From the NCBI GenBank assembly GCA_035714365.1, contig DASTMB010000014.1:55720-119719 (forward strand): 64,000 bases of DNA, in the 5' to 3' direction. The DNA is from Mycobacteriales bacterium. Its GTDB lineage: Bacteria; Actinomycetota; Actinomycetes; BP-191. The translations under genes were made by a program, and so were the position numbers. Positions 44,090-53,565 of the stretch are shown here, piece by piece; position 1 is the stretch's first letter; each line of letters begins with the position of its first letter. The notes under the pieces were generated by a model. It searched no databases, had not been told where the DNA came from, and worked only from the letters and a program-made list of their open reading frames with translations.

Positions 44090-44830
44090 ATGAACGACGC
44101 GGTGTGGCGGGCGCTCGCCGACCCGTCGCGGCGGGCGCTCCTCGACCTGCTGCGCGACGGGCCGCGGACGACCGGCGACCTCGCCGCGGCGTTCCCGGAC
44201 GTGACGCGGTACGCCGTGATGAAGCACCTGGCCGTCCTCACCGACGCCGGTCTCGTCACCGTGCGGCGCCGCGGCCGGGAGCGGTGGAACCACCTCAACG
44301 CCGTGCCGTTACGGCAGGCGTACGAGCGCTGGCTGGCGCCGTACGCCGAGCGCGCCGCGGTCACGGCGTTGCGGCTCAAGGACTTCGTCGAAGGGGAACC
44401 CATGAACGGCACGCTCGACGTCGCCACCGACGTCACGATCGACGCGCCGCGCGAGAAGGTGTGGGACGCGGTGCTGCGGATGGGCGAGTGGTGGCCGCAC
44501 CGCGCGCGCGAGGGGACGCCGGCGGTGCTCGAGCCGTTCGCCGGCGGGCGGTTCTTCGAGGACTGGGGCGACGGCGCCGGGGTGCTCTACGGCACCGTCA
44601 CGCGGCTCTGCCCGCCCGACCGGATCGTCGTCACCGGCCCCATGGGCATCCGCGGTCCCGTCGTCGGCGTCTGGACGCTCGAGCTCGTCGCGGAAGGTGA
44701 TGCGACGCGGCTGCTCGGCACGCACCGGGCATTCGGGGACGTGGACGAGGAGACGCGACAGGCGTACACCCACGGGTGGGGCGAGGTCTACGACTCGCTC
44801 CGCGGCTACCTCGGGGTGGAGGGCGCGTGA
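44090..44830 (+). CDS. ArsR-family wHTH regulator fused to an SRPBCC (AHSA1-like) domain
   Basis: 'LADPSRRALLDLLRDGPRTTGDLAAAF' HTH. Confidence 0.7.
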   Translation: MNDAVWRALADPSRRALLDLLRDGPRTTGDLAAAFPDVTRYAVMKHLAVLTDAGLVTVRRRGRERWNHLNAVPLRQAYERWLAPYAERAAVTALRLKDFVEGEPMNGTLDVATDVTIDAPREKVWDAVLRMGEWWPHRAREGTPAVLEPFAGGRFFEDWGDGAGVLYGTVTRLCPPDRIVVTGPMGIRGPVVGVWTLELVAEGDATRLLGTHRAFGDVDEETRQAYTHGWGEVYDSLRGYLGVEGA

Positions 44831-45630
44831 GCGAGCTGCAGGCGTACGCCGACGCGTTCGAGCAGACGTGGGCCGGCGTGTCCTCCGCGTGCACCAACCT
44901 CACGCCGGAGCAGTGGCACAGCCCGACCGACCTGCCCGGCTGGACCGTCAAGGACAACGTGTCCCACATCCTCGGCGAGGAGAAGTTCGCGCTCGGCGAC
45001 CCCGCGCCCGAGCACGAGGTGCCCGACCTGCCGCACCTGCGGCACGACTTCGCGCGGCTCATCGAGATCCCCGTCGACCTGCGCCGGCCGGTGCCCGGCG
45101 ACGAGGTGCTGCGGGAGTTCCGCGAGGTCACCGCGCGACGGCTGGCCATGCTGCGTTCGCTGCCCGACTCGGCGCTGGACGACGAGGTGCCCGGCCCCGA
45201 CGGCACCTGGCAGCGGCGGCGCCAGCTCGGCGTGCGGGTGTTCGACTGCTGGACGCACGAGCAGGACATCCGCCGCGCGCTCGGCCACCCCGGCGGGCTC
45301 GCCACGTCCGCCGCGCGGATCTCGCTGGAACGCGTGCTTCGCTCGCTCCCCGGCCTCGCCGAGGACGTGCCCGCCGCCACCGGCCGGTCCATGGCCGTCA
45401 CCACCACCGGGGCCGTCGCGTCCGCGTCGACGCTGCGCTTCGACCCGGATCGCTCCTATGTGGACGGCGCCGCCGCCGACGCGGACGTGCGGGTCACGGT
45501 GGACTTCGCGACGTTCCTCCGGATCGCGACCGGGCGAGTCCCGTACGACGCCGTCGCGGCCGAGGTCGCCGTCGAGGGCGACGTCGCGCTCGGCGAGGAG
45601 CTGCTGCGCCACGCGGCGATCACGCCGTAA
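44827..45630 (+). CDS. Mycothiol-dependent maleylpyruvate-isomerase-family (DinB-like N-terminal domain) protein
   Basis: GTGA overlap. 'NVSHILGEE' and 'WTHEQD' metal-binding motifs. Confidence 0.65.
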   Translation: MSELQAYADAFEQTWAGVSSACTNLTPEQWHSPTDLPGWTVKDNVSHILGEEKFALGDPAPEHEVPDLPHLRHDFARLIEIPVDLRRPVPGDEVLREFREVTARRLAMLRSLPDSALDDEVPGPDGTWQRRRQLGVRVFDCWTHEQDIRRALGHPGGLATSAARISLERVLRSLPGLAEDVPAATGRSMAVTTTGAVASASTLRFDPDRSYVDGAAADADVRVTVDFATFLRIATGRVPYDAVAAEVAVEGDVALGEELLRHAAITP

Positions 45631-46070
45631 TGGCGACCTGGGCCGAGGTCGTTGTCGCCGCGCCGGAGCTGGCTGCCGCCGTGCGCGAACGGTTCGCCGT
45701 ACGCAAGCACGCGACCATGGCGACGTTGCGCCGCGACGGCTCACCGCGGATCAGCGGCACCGAGGTGGAGTTCGACGGCGGCGACGTCGTGCTCGGGTCC
45801 ATGTCCGGCGCGGTCAAGGCGCGCGACCTGCTGCGCGACCCGCGCGTCGCGATCCACTCGCCGACCGTCGACCCTGATCCTGGCGACCCGTCGGCCTGGC
45901 CCGGCGAGGCGAAGCTCGCCGGCCTCGCCGTCGAGGTGCCGACCGAGGATGCCGCGCACCGGTTCGCGATCGACGTCCGCGAGGTCGTGCTGACGCGGGT
46001 GTCCGGCGACCGGCTGGTCGTGGAGTCGTGGCACCCCGGCCGCGGCGTCGAGCGGCGGGAGCGGGCGTAG
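45630..46070 (+). CDS. Pyridoxamine-5'-phosphate-oxidase-like FMN-binding split-barrel protein
   Basis: TAATG overlap. 'HATMATLRRDGSPRISGTEV' pattern. Confidence 0.55.
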   Translation: MATWAEVVVAAPELAAAVRERFAVRKHATMATLRRDGSPRISGTEVEFDGGDVVLGSMSGAVKARDLLRDPRVAIHSPTVDPDPGDPSAWPGEAKLAGLAVEVPTEDAAHRFAIDVREVVLTRVSGDRLVVESWHPGRGVERRERA

Positions 46071-46080
46071 GATCGGCTCG

Positions 46081-46477
46081 CGAACGAGTCGGCCGGACGG
46101 TCGCGTCGGGGCAACCCGCCGAGGAAAGTCCGGGCTCCACAGGGCAGGGTGGTCGGTAACACCGACCCGGGGTGACCCGCGGGACAGTGCCACAGAGAAC
46201 AGACCGCCGTCGCGCTCCGGCGCGGCGGCAAGGGTGAAACGGTGGTGTAAGAGACCACCAGCGCCCCGGGTGACCGGGGCGGCTCGGCAAACCCCACCCG
46301 GAGCAAGGTCGAAAGGGCGCCGGCTTCGGCCGGAGCCTGCGCAGGCGTTCGAGGGTGGCCCGCCCGAGCCTGCGGGTGGACCGCTAGAGGTCGCCGGCAA
46401 CGGCGACCCGAGATGGATGACCGTCCGTGGTGGCTCCGGCCGCCACGACAGGACCCGGCTTACAGGCCGGCTCGTTC
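46081..46477 (+). ncRNA. rnpB: RNase P RNA (bacterial type A)
   Basis: Universal 'GAGGAAAGTCCGGGCTCCACAGGGCAGGGTG' core, 'ACAGAGAACAGACCGCC', 'GGTGAAACGGTGGTGTAAGAGACCACCAG' and 'AGATGGATGACCGTCC' elements. 5'/3' P1 pairing cgaacgagtcggcc / ggccggctcgttcg. Confidence 0.85.
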
Positions 46478-46582
46478 GCCCCACCTCTCCGGACCGTGTT
46501 CGGAGAGGCCGTTTCCGCAGGTCAGAGGCCCTTTCGCGGGTCCGCCGTCATGTCGGCCCGTTGCCTCCTGTAAGGCTGAGTA

Positions 46583-46613
46583 TCACAGATTCTGTGACAT
46601 CGGTGTGACATCG
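46583..46613. promoter_or_regulatory. Operator-like palindrome tcacagaTTCtgtga followed by two direct repeats gtgacatcg, ~170 bp upstream of the TA pair
   Basis: Direct reading. Sits in low-GC DNA (30/60 G+C counted in 46561-46620). Confidence 0.4.
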
Positions 46614-46780
46614 ACGTTCGCCGATCACTTACAGGCCGGGTCCGCGAGCCGATCACACTCAGTGACGGTGACGCCGTGTAGTCGGGTGCCGCGTCGGCCC
46701 TTGCGCGTCGTCGGCGAGACGTTGAGCGACGCTGACCGGTGGGCCGTGCGAAGCGGGCTAACCTACGTGCAGGAGGAGCG

Positions 46781-47011
46781 ATGTCGTACGAGCGGATCAG
46801 CATCGACCACGCGAAGATGGGCGGGCTGCCCTGCATTCGCGATCTGCGGATTCCGGTGAGCACGGTGATCGGGCAGCTCGCCGCGGGGCGCACGCACGCC
46901 GACATCCTGGCCGACTTCCCCGATCTCGAAGAGGCCGACATCGTGGCGGCGCTGGAGTACGCGGCTGCGGCGGTGCAGGAACGTGAGCTGCCGCTGGCGG
47001 CGCACGGGTGA
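46781..47011 (+). CDS. DUF433 domain protein (antitoxin-like)
   Basis: AGGAGGAG RBS. 'ISIDHAKMGGLPCIRDLRIPVSTV' DUF433 signature. Confidence 0.7.
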   Translation: MSYERISIDHAKMGGLPCIRDLRIPVSTVIGQLAAGRTHADILADFPDLEEADIVAALEYAAAAVQERELPLAAHG

Positions 47012-47385
47012 GGTTGCTCCTCGACGCGAACCTGTCGCACCGAATCGCTGTCCTTTTGCGAGCGCGAGGGTTCGACGCGAGTCACGTGCGCGACCACGGG
47101 TTGCAGCACGCGGACGACGAGGCGATCTTCGACTTCGCCGCTGCTGATGGCTGTGTGCTGGTGTCGGAGGACACCGACTTCGGGGAGATCCTCGCTACCC
47201 GGGGTGCGAAGGTCCCGTCGCTGGTCCTGCTGCGATCCGCCGAACCCATCAGCCCCGACGACTGCGTCGACCTGCTCGCCGACAACCTTCCATTGGTCGC
47301 GACCGCTCTCGACTCCGGGTCGCTGGTCGTCATCGCTCGGGGCCGGATGCGGATCCGCGCATTGCCCTTCGGGCGAGGCGAGTAG
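47008..47385 (+). CDS. DUF5615-like PIN-fold protein (toxin partner of DUF433)
   Basis: GTGA overlap with the DUF433 gene. 'LLLDANL' N-terminal acidic motif. Confidence 0.65.
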   Translation: MRLLLDANLSHRIAVLLRARGFDASHVRDHGLQHADDEAIFDFAAADGCVLVSEDTDFGEILATRGAKVPSLVLLRSAEPISPDDCVDLLADNLPLVATALDSGSLVVIARGRMRIRALPFGRGE

Positions 47386-47401
47386 ACGGCGCTCCTGCAT
47401 C

Positions 47402-48592
47402 GTGGACCGACTTGTGATCGTTCTGGCCGTCCTGATGGTGATGGCTGCTGTCGTCGGGCTGTTACTGGCCCGGCGTGTCCGCCGTGCGCCCGTATCCGAG
47501 CCCGGTGAGCTTGCCGCTCTCGACGAGCCCTCGGTCGATCTCGACACGGTGATGGCGGATGCCGGCGCCACGTTGTACATCCCCATCGACGCTGGGCGGA
47601 CGTACCTGGCGGTCGCCCACCCCGACGCGCCGGTCGAGGGGTGTACGTCGCCCGTCCCCTCTCAGCTCGTGGCGGCTGCCGTGGCCGGGCAAGCCGGCCT
47701 GGAGGCGCTGGTCAGCGCCGGGCGACTGACCGGGCGCCTGGTCCTCGTCGACCCCGCCACGGCAAAGGCGATCAAGGCCGGCACGATGGTCACCGACAAA
47801 GCGGGCGACATGCTCGCCGTGATCAGAGGCAGCGGCGGTGGCTTCTCCGGACTGACCCGAATCAAGCCGCTCTCCGGTGGCCTGGTGAAGAGCGCAGCCG
47901 CTGGTCCCGCCATGTTGAGCGCGATCGCGATGCAACAACAGCTCGCTCGGGTCGAGAAGTCGATCAGCGAGGTACGGGACGCCGTCGATGCCGTCAAGGG
48001 GTACCTGGAAGCAGCCCAGCGGGCAGCCGTCGAAGGGCGTCGGGCCACCCTGGCAACGGTCTACCGGACAGCACAGGAGACTGGCCGGATGACTCAGTCC
48101 CTGTGGGACCAGATCCAGGATCTTGAGTCAACGCTCATCGCCGACGCCAAGCTCGCTGACCGCGCTCTCGCGCAGGCGGTCAGCGAGCTGGAGCAAGCCG
48201 CACCCGGCCTGGTGGGTTCGCGTCTCAAGTGGCTGGAGGATGCCTGCAGCCCCGTGGCCGCTGCGGTCGCCGGCGTGGCTGACGCCCGCCGGAGCCTGGT
48301 CCAGTTCTCGATGTTGCGACTTTGGTGGCTCGCGGTGGTCGACGACCCGACGCTGGCCAGCAGGCAGTCGCAACTCCGTGAGCTCCTCGCCGAACTTCCC
48401 GACCACGCCGCCGAGCAGGCCCGCGCCGAGAAGGCGCTCGCCGAGGTCGGAGAGCTCAAGACGCATCACCGCGTCCTCGCGCCCCGCAAGCACAAGCAGG
48501 TGGCGTCCCGGGTGGGGCATGCACAGCGCGAGATGCAGGACCTCCCATGGAAGCTCGCGGACGTCCGACGAATTGCCGCGCTGGAGCCGTAG
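47402..48592 (+). CDS. Membrane-anchored (single N-terminal TM) coiled-coil hypothetical protein
   Basis: TM 'LVIVLAVLMVMAAVVGLLLA'. No recognisable domain. Confidence 0.5.
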   Translation: MDRLVIVLAVLMVMAAVVGLLLARRVRRAPVSEPGELAALDEPSVDLDTVMADAGATLYIPIDAGRTYLAVAHPDAPVEGCTSPVPSQLVAAAVAGQAGLEALVSAGRLTGRLVLVDPATAKAIKAGTMVTDKAGDMLAVIRGSGGGFSGLTRIKPLSGGLVKSAAAGPAMLSAIAMQQQLARVEKSISEVRDAVDAVKGYLEAAQRAAVEGRRATLATVYRTAQETGRMTQSLWDQIQDLESTLIADAKLADRALAQAVSELEQAAPGLVGSRLKWLEDACSPVAAAVAGVADARRSLVQFSMLRLWWLAVVDDPTLASRQSQLRELLAELPDHAAEQARAEKALAEVGELKTHHRVLAPRKHKQVASRVGHAQREMQDLPWKLADVRRIAALEP

Positions 48593-48839
48593 CACCCGGC
48601 AGCCGACCCGCCTCTACCTCACTTCTACCTATACCTCGGCCCGAACGCTGGCTCACCTGGTCCAAGCCGTTCGTCGCAACGCCCGCCGGCTCGTCGTGAA
48701 TCGGCGAGCGCGTCGAGTGCGGCTTCGCAGTCGGCGCTTCACGACGAGCAGGCGAACCTCGCCCGGGCAGTTGAGCGGACGCTCGAGTCGGCGGATCGCC
48801 GCGTCCAGCGTGCCCGCAGCAACTGCCGAATCCTGACAC

Positions 48840-49112
48840 CTAGAACGGTGGTTCTCCGGAACCTTGCAACTCGGAGGAATCATCGCCGTACGAGGTGATA
48901 ATCAGGTCCGCCGTGCGCTCCCCGATCGTGATTGTGGAGGGGGAGTTGTCGAACGCCTTCCACATGATGTCGCCGTCACCGTCTGGGCGGACCCGACCCG
49001 ACCAGACCTTCATGCCGGAGGCTTGTTCCACCAGTTCGAAGAGCATCGCGTGTACGGGGCCGCTTGTGCCGTCCGCGGATCGCAGCACGGCTGGGCCCTT
49101 GTATTCGCGCAT
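48840..49112 (-). CDS. Small hypothetical protein (90 aa)
   Basis: GGGAGA RBS before the ATG (MREYKGP...). Confidence 0.4.
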   Translation of the reverse strand: MREYKGPAVLRSADGTSGPVHAMLFELVEQASGMKVWSGRVRPDGDGDIMWKAFDNSPSTITIGERTADLIITSYGDDSSELQGSGEPPF

Positions 49113-49249
49113 GACGTCTCCCGATGGCGGCAAACGAACTAGCGGTGCCCCGCAAGTGTCAGGTACGACAGCACCGAGACGGTGAAGCCACCCTGACGCT
49201 CGCGACACTAGCCCTGGCGGACCCGTCGCGGCAGAAGCGGTCGTCTTCA

Positions 49250-49564
49250 TCAGCTGGGCGTCGCGGGTGCTGTGTACTCGATGCCGAAGTGATCTGCGAT
49301 AAGCCGAGTGGTCTCACAGGCCCAACCTGAGCGATCGGCGATCGCGACGGCCTCTTCGTCGGCGCTGTCGCATTCACCGGTGCCGGAGCCGCAGTCCCGA
49401 TGGAGCTTCAAGAGGCGCCGGGCCAAGGGATCCTCGATGCTGTTCAACCGCCGCATCGACTCGAGCCAGTTCGCCACCGGCACCGGTTTGTTCTCTGGGA
49501 CCTCGTAGACCACGTCCATGTGCTCGGCTTCGCTCGCTGCTTCGTCGTACTCGAATCGCGCCAC
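49250..49564 (-). CDS. Small hypothetical protein (104 aa)
   Basis: ORF only. Confidence 0.4.
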   Translation of the reverse strand: MARFEYDEAASEAEHMDVVYEVPENKPVPVANWLESMRRLNSIEDPLARRLLKLHRDCGSGTGECDSADEEAVAIADRSGWACETTRLIADHFGIEYTAPATPS

Positions 49565-49581
49565 ATGACGACCCTAGAGAC

Positions 49582-50745
49582 TCAGGGAGTGCTCGGCGAT
49601 CGTCGGCGACAGAGCTCGGAGGCGGCAAGAGCGGATGACGGCGCGACGACAGTTGGCCGCGTTCGCGGGCGCCTCGACCGGCAGGGGCTCATGCGGCACT
49701 TCGCCGGCGGCGACATTAGGCCAGCGCCCCGACAAATCCGCGTGGGTGATCCGTACCAGCCGCGGCGTCCAGCCGGGCACGGTAGACGACCGGCTTGACG
49801 GCTGCGACGACCTCGATGGCGGTGTGCCAGCGCAGCAGCGGCTCCTCGGCAAGAGCATTGGTCACCACCGCCATGACCCAGTCCGGGTTCGTCACGGACT
49901 TGTCCAGTTTCGTTGGCCGTGACGTAGACGGTCGGTGCCGGTCCGCTGGTGGTCTTGACCTCGATGCATAGCCGGGCGTCAGTCAGGGTGGCGGTGATGT
50001 CCCACCCGCACTTCTCGCGGTCCACGAGATCGACCTTCCACGGCGGTGAGAAGTAGGCAGTGACCATGTCCATGCCGATCTTCTCTACGGCCTGTGGGTC
50101 GACGCTGTGCCCCTGCCTGGCGGTGAGGTCTCGTGCGCTGTCGCTGATGGCCTTGGCCGCCGGGTCGGTGGGCAGGTTGTCGAAGATCGACGGCCATTCC
50201 TGTAAGTGGCAGAAGGCGTGCCACAGGAACTCCTTGGCGTGCTCCAAGTCCACGAAGGACGTGCCCGGTAGCGCTTCGAGCGCCTCCCGGAGCAGGTCGT
50301 TGCTCCAGTAGGCCAGCCGCCCGATGCTCAGGCCGGTGCTGTCGGAGTTCGGCATGGGCAGTCCGAAGACCACCCGCCCGATGTCTTGCTTGCCCTTGCC
50401 GTTGGCGCTCTCGTACGGCAGCAGTGCGATGAAGCGCTGCGGCTGCATGACGCAGAGGACTTTTGTGAGCAGCACGACGCCGACGCCGTAGGTGTTGCCC
50501 ACCATGTCGGTTAGGCGGTCTTCCTCGTCGCCGGGGCCGCGCATCAGGTACTCGATGGTGCTGCGGACGCTCGCTGCCGTAGCCTCCGGCCCGTTCTCGT
50601 TCCAGCCCTTGTAGAACGTGCCGAGGTTGCCGGGCGCAGCCATCGTCGGTGACGTGATGAAGGCCCAGAGGTCGTCGGGGGTCGCGGCTGCCAAGGCTTC
50701 CGGGGTGCTGAAGATCGCCCGGTTCCGGGCTGCGTACTCGTGCAC
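49582..50745 (-). CDS. Hypothetical protein with a C-terminal DUF3883 / PD-(D/E)xK-like nuclease motif 'DLVDREKCGWDITATLTDARLCIEVKTT'. Possibly frameshifted at the 5' end.
   Basis: GTG at 50745 is one candidate start. The upstream ORF 50769-50987 in another frame suggests a disrupted N-terminus. Confidence 0.4.
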   Translation of the reverse strand: MHEYAARNRAIFSTPEALAAATPDDLWAFITSPTMAAPGNLGTFYKGWNENGPEATAASVRSTIEYLMRGPGDEEDRLTDMVGNTYGVGVVLLTKVLCVMQPQRFIALLPYESANGKGKQDIGRVVFGLPMPNSDSTGLSIGRLAYWSNDLLREALEALPGTSFVDLEHAKEFLWHAFCHLQEWPSIFDNLPTDPAAKAISDSARDLTARQGHSVDPQAVEKIGMDMVTAYFSPPWKVDLVDREKCGWDITATLTDARLCIEVKTTSGPAPTVYVTANETGQVRDEPGLGHGGGDQCSCRGAAAALAHRHRGRRSRQAGRLPCPAGRRGWYGSPTRICRGAGLMSPPAKCRMSPCRSRRPRTRPTVVAPSSALAASELCRRRSPSTP

Positions 50746-51173
50746 TTCGGGACTCGGCTCAGGTTGGATCAGCAGGTAGCGGGCCTTGAGGTCCGCAGGA
50801 GTGCGACGGTGTCGACCGGGATCTGGTCGGCCTTGGGGAAGGCCGCACGTGCCTCGGTCAGCGTCCGGACCCGTCTTCCGCCACGCTGCGCCGGGGGAGC
50901 GGGAGGCGGGGAGGCCAGATACGCGGCGACCGCCGCCTCGCAACTGGGGCAGCCCGGCACCGCACGGATGTGATCGCAGGTCATGCGCGAACTATGCCGC
51001 CCCATGGTGGCGCGAGTCCGCGGCCGATCTGAAACTGCCTCGCCCTTCACCGGCGACCCAGTCGGCACTAGCCGCTGTGAGCAGGTGCGCTGTGCGGGAG
51101 ACGAGGATGCCGAGCAATCCGAGCTTCTGAGCAGCAAGTGGCGTCCTGGGGTCTCACTGTCTTCAGCTGACGG

Positions 51174-51980
51174 CTACTCCCAGGGCGCGTCCTGAACGAT
51201 CTCCCAACCTCGGTCGCGCTCGTAGTGGAGCCCGGGGCCGGGGCAGTCTGGCCACACCCACAGGTCCGTCAGGTCGTCGGGCGGTTCGTAGGCGGGGAGG
51301 GTGTAGGACGCGGCTCCGGAGTCGTTGCTGGCGTCGAGGGCGATGGCGATGGCGAGCCCGGCTTCGGAGGCGCTATCGACCTGGAGGTAGAGGTGCCGGC
51401 TGTCCCCTCCGGCGCGGCGGAGCTTCTGGACGTGGTCGACGACGCTGGGCTCCTGAAACGCCGCGTCCAGCCAGGTGTCGACACCGCTGCCTTGTACGCC
51501 TCTGGCTCCCGTGCTGCCGCCGGTGAGGCTGACGGTGCCGGTTGGGCCCTCGGCGTCCCGGTACGCGACTGCCTCGATGCCGAGGGAGTGCATCAGGTCG
51601 GCCACCTCAAGGGGGCAGTTGCCGGGCGCGATGAGTCGGCCCGCTTGCTTGACGGCGTCGAGCACCGTCTCGAGCCCGGCAGCTTTCGGCACGTCGCGCG
51701 TGTCGACGTTGCGGTGGAGGTAGAGGGTCCACTCGCCAGGCATCGACACCGTAAACGTGCGCCTCTTGAGGATGGCCGCCCGCTGCACCTTTCGACGCTT
51801 GTCAGGCCGCGAGGTCACCTCGACGTGACCGGGCGCGCCGGGACCAATGAGTCTGTAGTCCGGCAGCCCGATCGTGCCAGGGACGTCGGCGGTTTCGAGT
51901 GGCCCCACGTACGGTTCGAGGCGGCGCCGGGCAAGCTTCTCCTCCGGCTCTTCCTCGCCGCTACCGCTCATGCAGTCCAT
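51174..51980 (-). CDS. Hypothetical protein
   Basis: ORF with a plausible GAGCGAGA RBS. Confidence 0.4.
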   Translation of the reverse strand: MDCMSGSGEEEPEEKLARRRLEPYVGPLETADVPGTIGLPDYRLIGPGAPGHVEVTSRPDKRRKVQRAAILKRRTFTVSMPGEWTLYLHRNVDTRDVPKAAGLETVLDAVKQAGRLIAPGNCPLEVADLMHSLGIEAVAYRDAEGPTGTVSLTGGSTGARGVQGSGVDTWLDAAFQEPSVVDHVQKLRRAGGDSRHLYLQVDSASEAGLAIAIALDASNDSGAASYTLPAYEPPDDLTDLWVWPDCPGPGLHYERDRGWEIVQDAPWE

Positions 51981-52254
51981 TCTCGCTCGGAGTGCAAACT
52001 GATTGGCTGGCCGACCGCCGCAGTCAGGATGATCTAGCGGTGGTGGTGTTCCGCCACTGCTTCTCGTGCAGCCCACGAGCAATCAGGCGCAGTCGGACCG
52101 CTTCGCGGCATGAGCGGTCATTTCCGCAGTCCCATATCCGCGTCTTACTCGGTCTGAAGCATCGCGGGTCGAGGGATCCGGTAGCCGCCACATCGGGGCG
52201 GCGATTAGGTATACGGTCGCCGCAAGGGCGGGATGCGGGAGAGGAGGAGTACGG

Positions 52255-53376
52255 ATGAGTTTGGATTCGTACCTCGCGGCGTTGCGGGACTCGACAAGTA
52301 TGCCCGCGCCGATCGTAGAGAGGGCGGTGAGCGAGCGAAGCTATGCGATTACAACGCTAGACACGGTGGACGAGCTTGGGCAGATCGAGCGCACGGTCGA
52401 GGAGATGGAGCGGTTCGCCGAGGAACAGTCGGCGGGCACGCTGGCCGGCCGGTCAGTACTCACCCTCGGCGGGCTGGTTAACGTGCGACAGGGTGCCCGG
52501 CTACTGGTCGCGGCGGACGCGGTCGAGACGACCGGCGGGCTGTACGCGTTGAGAGCCGGCTTTAGCGAGCAGTCGCTCGCCGATGCCATCCTGAGCGACC
52601 CGGATATCGAGGAGATGATCACCGCGATCCGGAAAGCGGCTGCTTACGAGCCTACCGCTGCGGGGTCGGTGCCGGCCGCGCCGGTTGATCTGAGCGCACT
52701 GGAGAAGGATCTGCAGGCGAATGTCGATGCGATCTTGCTTGCGGGTGACTCGGCGGTGAAGGACCTGGCTGGTGTGGTCGGGTGGGGCGCGGTCGCCGGG
52801 TCGGTGGGCGGAGCGCTGTCCTCGGCGGTACAGCGTTCGGCGGCCCTGCAGGCAGCGAAGGAGGTCGTCGGACGGATCAAGCGGCTTGCGCTGCGCATGG
52901 TCGAGGCCGGCTTCCGGGCGTTGCAGAAGGCGATTGGCGACGGGCCGCTCGGCCAGTTCATCGACAAGGCCAAGGCGCAGTTGTCCGAGTGGCTCGATCA
53001 TGGCGGCATCGGAGATCTGCTCGGCCGGCTGCTCAACGCGGATACCGTCGCGCCGGCATGCCTCGACGCGGTTCGCGCGGCTGGCGCGACTGACACGCAG
53101 CAGGCGGCTGCGCGGAACGCCGGGAAGCATGTTGCCGAGCACGCCCAGCAGTTGGCCCGTGTCAGTGACAAGGTCACCGACGTGGTGAGCTGGTTCGGCG
53201 GCGGCTTGTGGTCGGGCCCGATCGGCGCGTACCTGGCGGCTGGCTTCGTCGTCGCCATCGCCGCCGCGGCCTGGCAGGTTCAGGACCACCTGGACACGAC
53301 GGAGCCGTTCGGATTGCCGGATGTGACCGAGGGGATGATCAGCTCGGTTCGTGCGGCGGTCACCGGAACCGCCTGA
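52255..53376 (+). CDS. Hypothetical protein with a C-terminal hydrophobic segment
   Basis: AGGAGGAG RBS 6 nt upstream of the ATG. Confidence 0.55.
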   Translation: MSLDSYLAALRDSTSMPAPIVERAVSERSYAITTLDTVDELGQIERTVEEMERFAEEQSAGTLAGRSVLTLGGLVNVRQGARLLVAADAVETTGGLYALRAGFSEQSLADAILSDPDIEEMITAIRKAAAYEPTAAGSVPAAPVDLSALEKDLQANVDAILLAGDSAVKDLAGVVGWGAVAGSVGGALSSAVQRSAALQAAKEVVGRIKRLALRMVEAGFRALQKAIGDGPLGQFIDKAKAQLSEWLDHGGIGDLLGRLLNADTVAPACLDAVRAAGATDTQQAAARNAGKHVAEHAQQLARVSDKVTDVVSWFGGGLWSGPIGAYLAAGFVVAIAAAAWQVQDHLDTTEPFGLPDVTEGMISSVRAAVTGTA

Positions 53377-53565
53377 CACCGCGAGCCCGAAGACCCGCGT
53401 CGGGCGGGGCAGGACTACAGGGGTCCTGCCCCACGGCGCCCCAGGGGTGGCGGGGCTGACGCTCTACATGCCGACAGACGCCGACCGGATAAAGGTCAGC
53501 GCGCGCGGGTAGCGGCATGAGCGGACGTTCACGGTAGGGCCACCCGGTGCAGAACAGGTGCGCTC

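Noticed and set aside
48593-48839. Short direct repeats (ctacct x2) and a weak palindrome (ggttctccggaacc) in the intergenic region
   Set aside because: Imperfect and short. No confident terminator or operator call is possible.
50769-51137. 122-aa minus ORF (MTCDHIRAVPGCPSCEAAV...) as an independent gene
   Set aside because: It overlaps the upstream part of the 49582-50943 ORF in another frame. More likely it is part of one frameshifted gene than a separate gene. It is reported as a finding instead.
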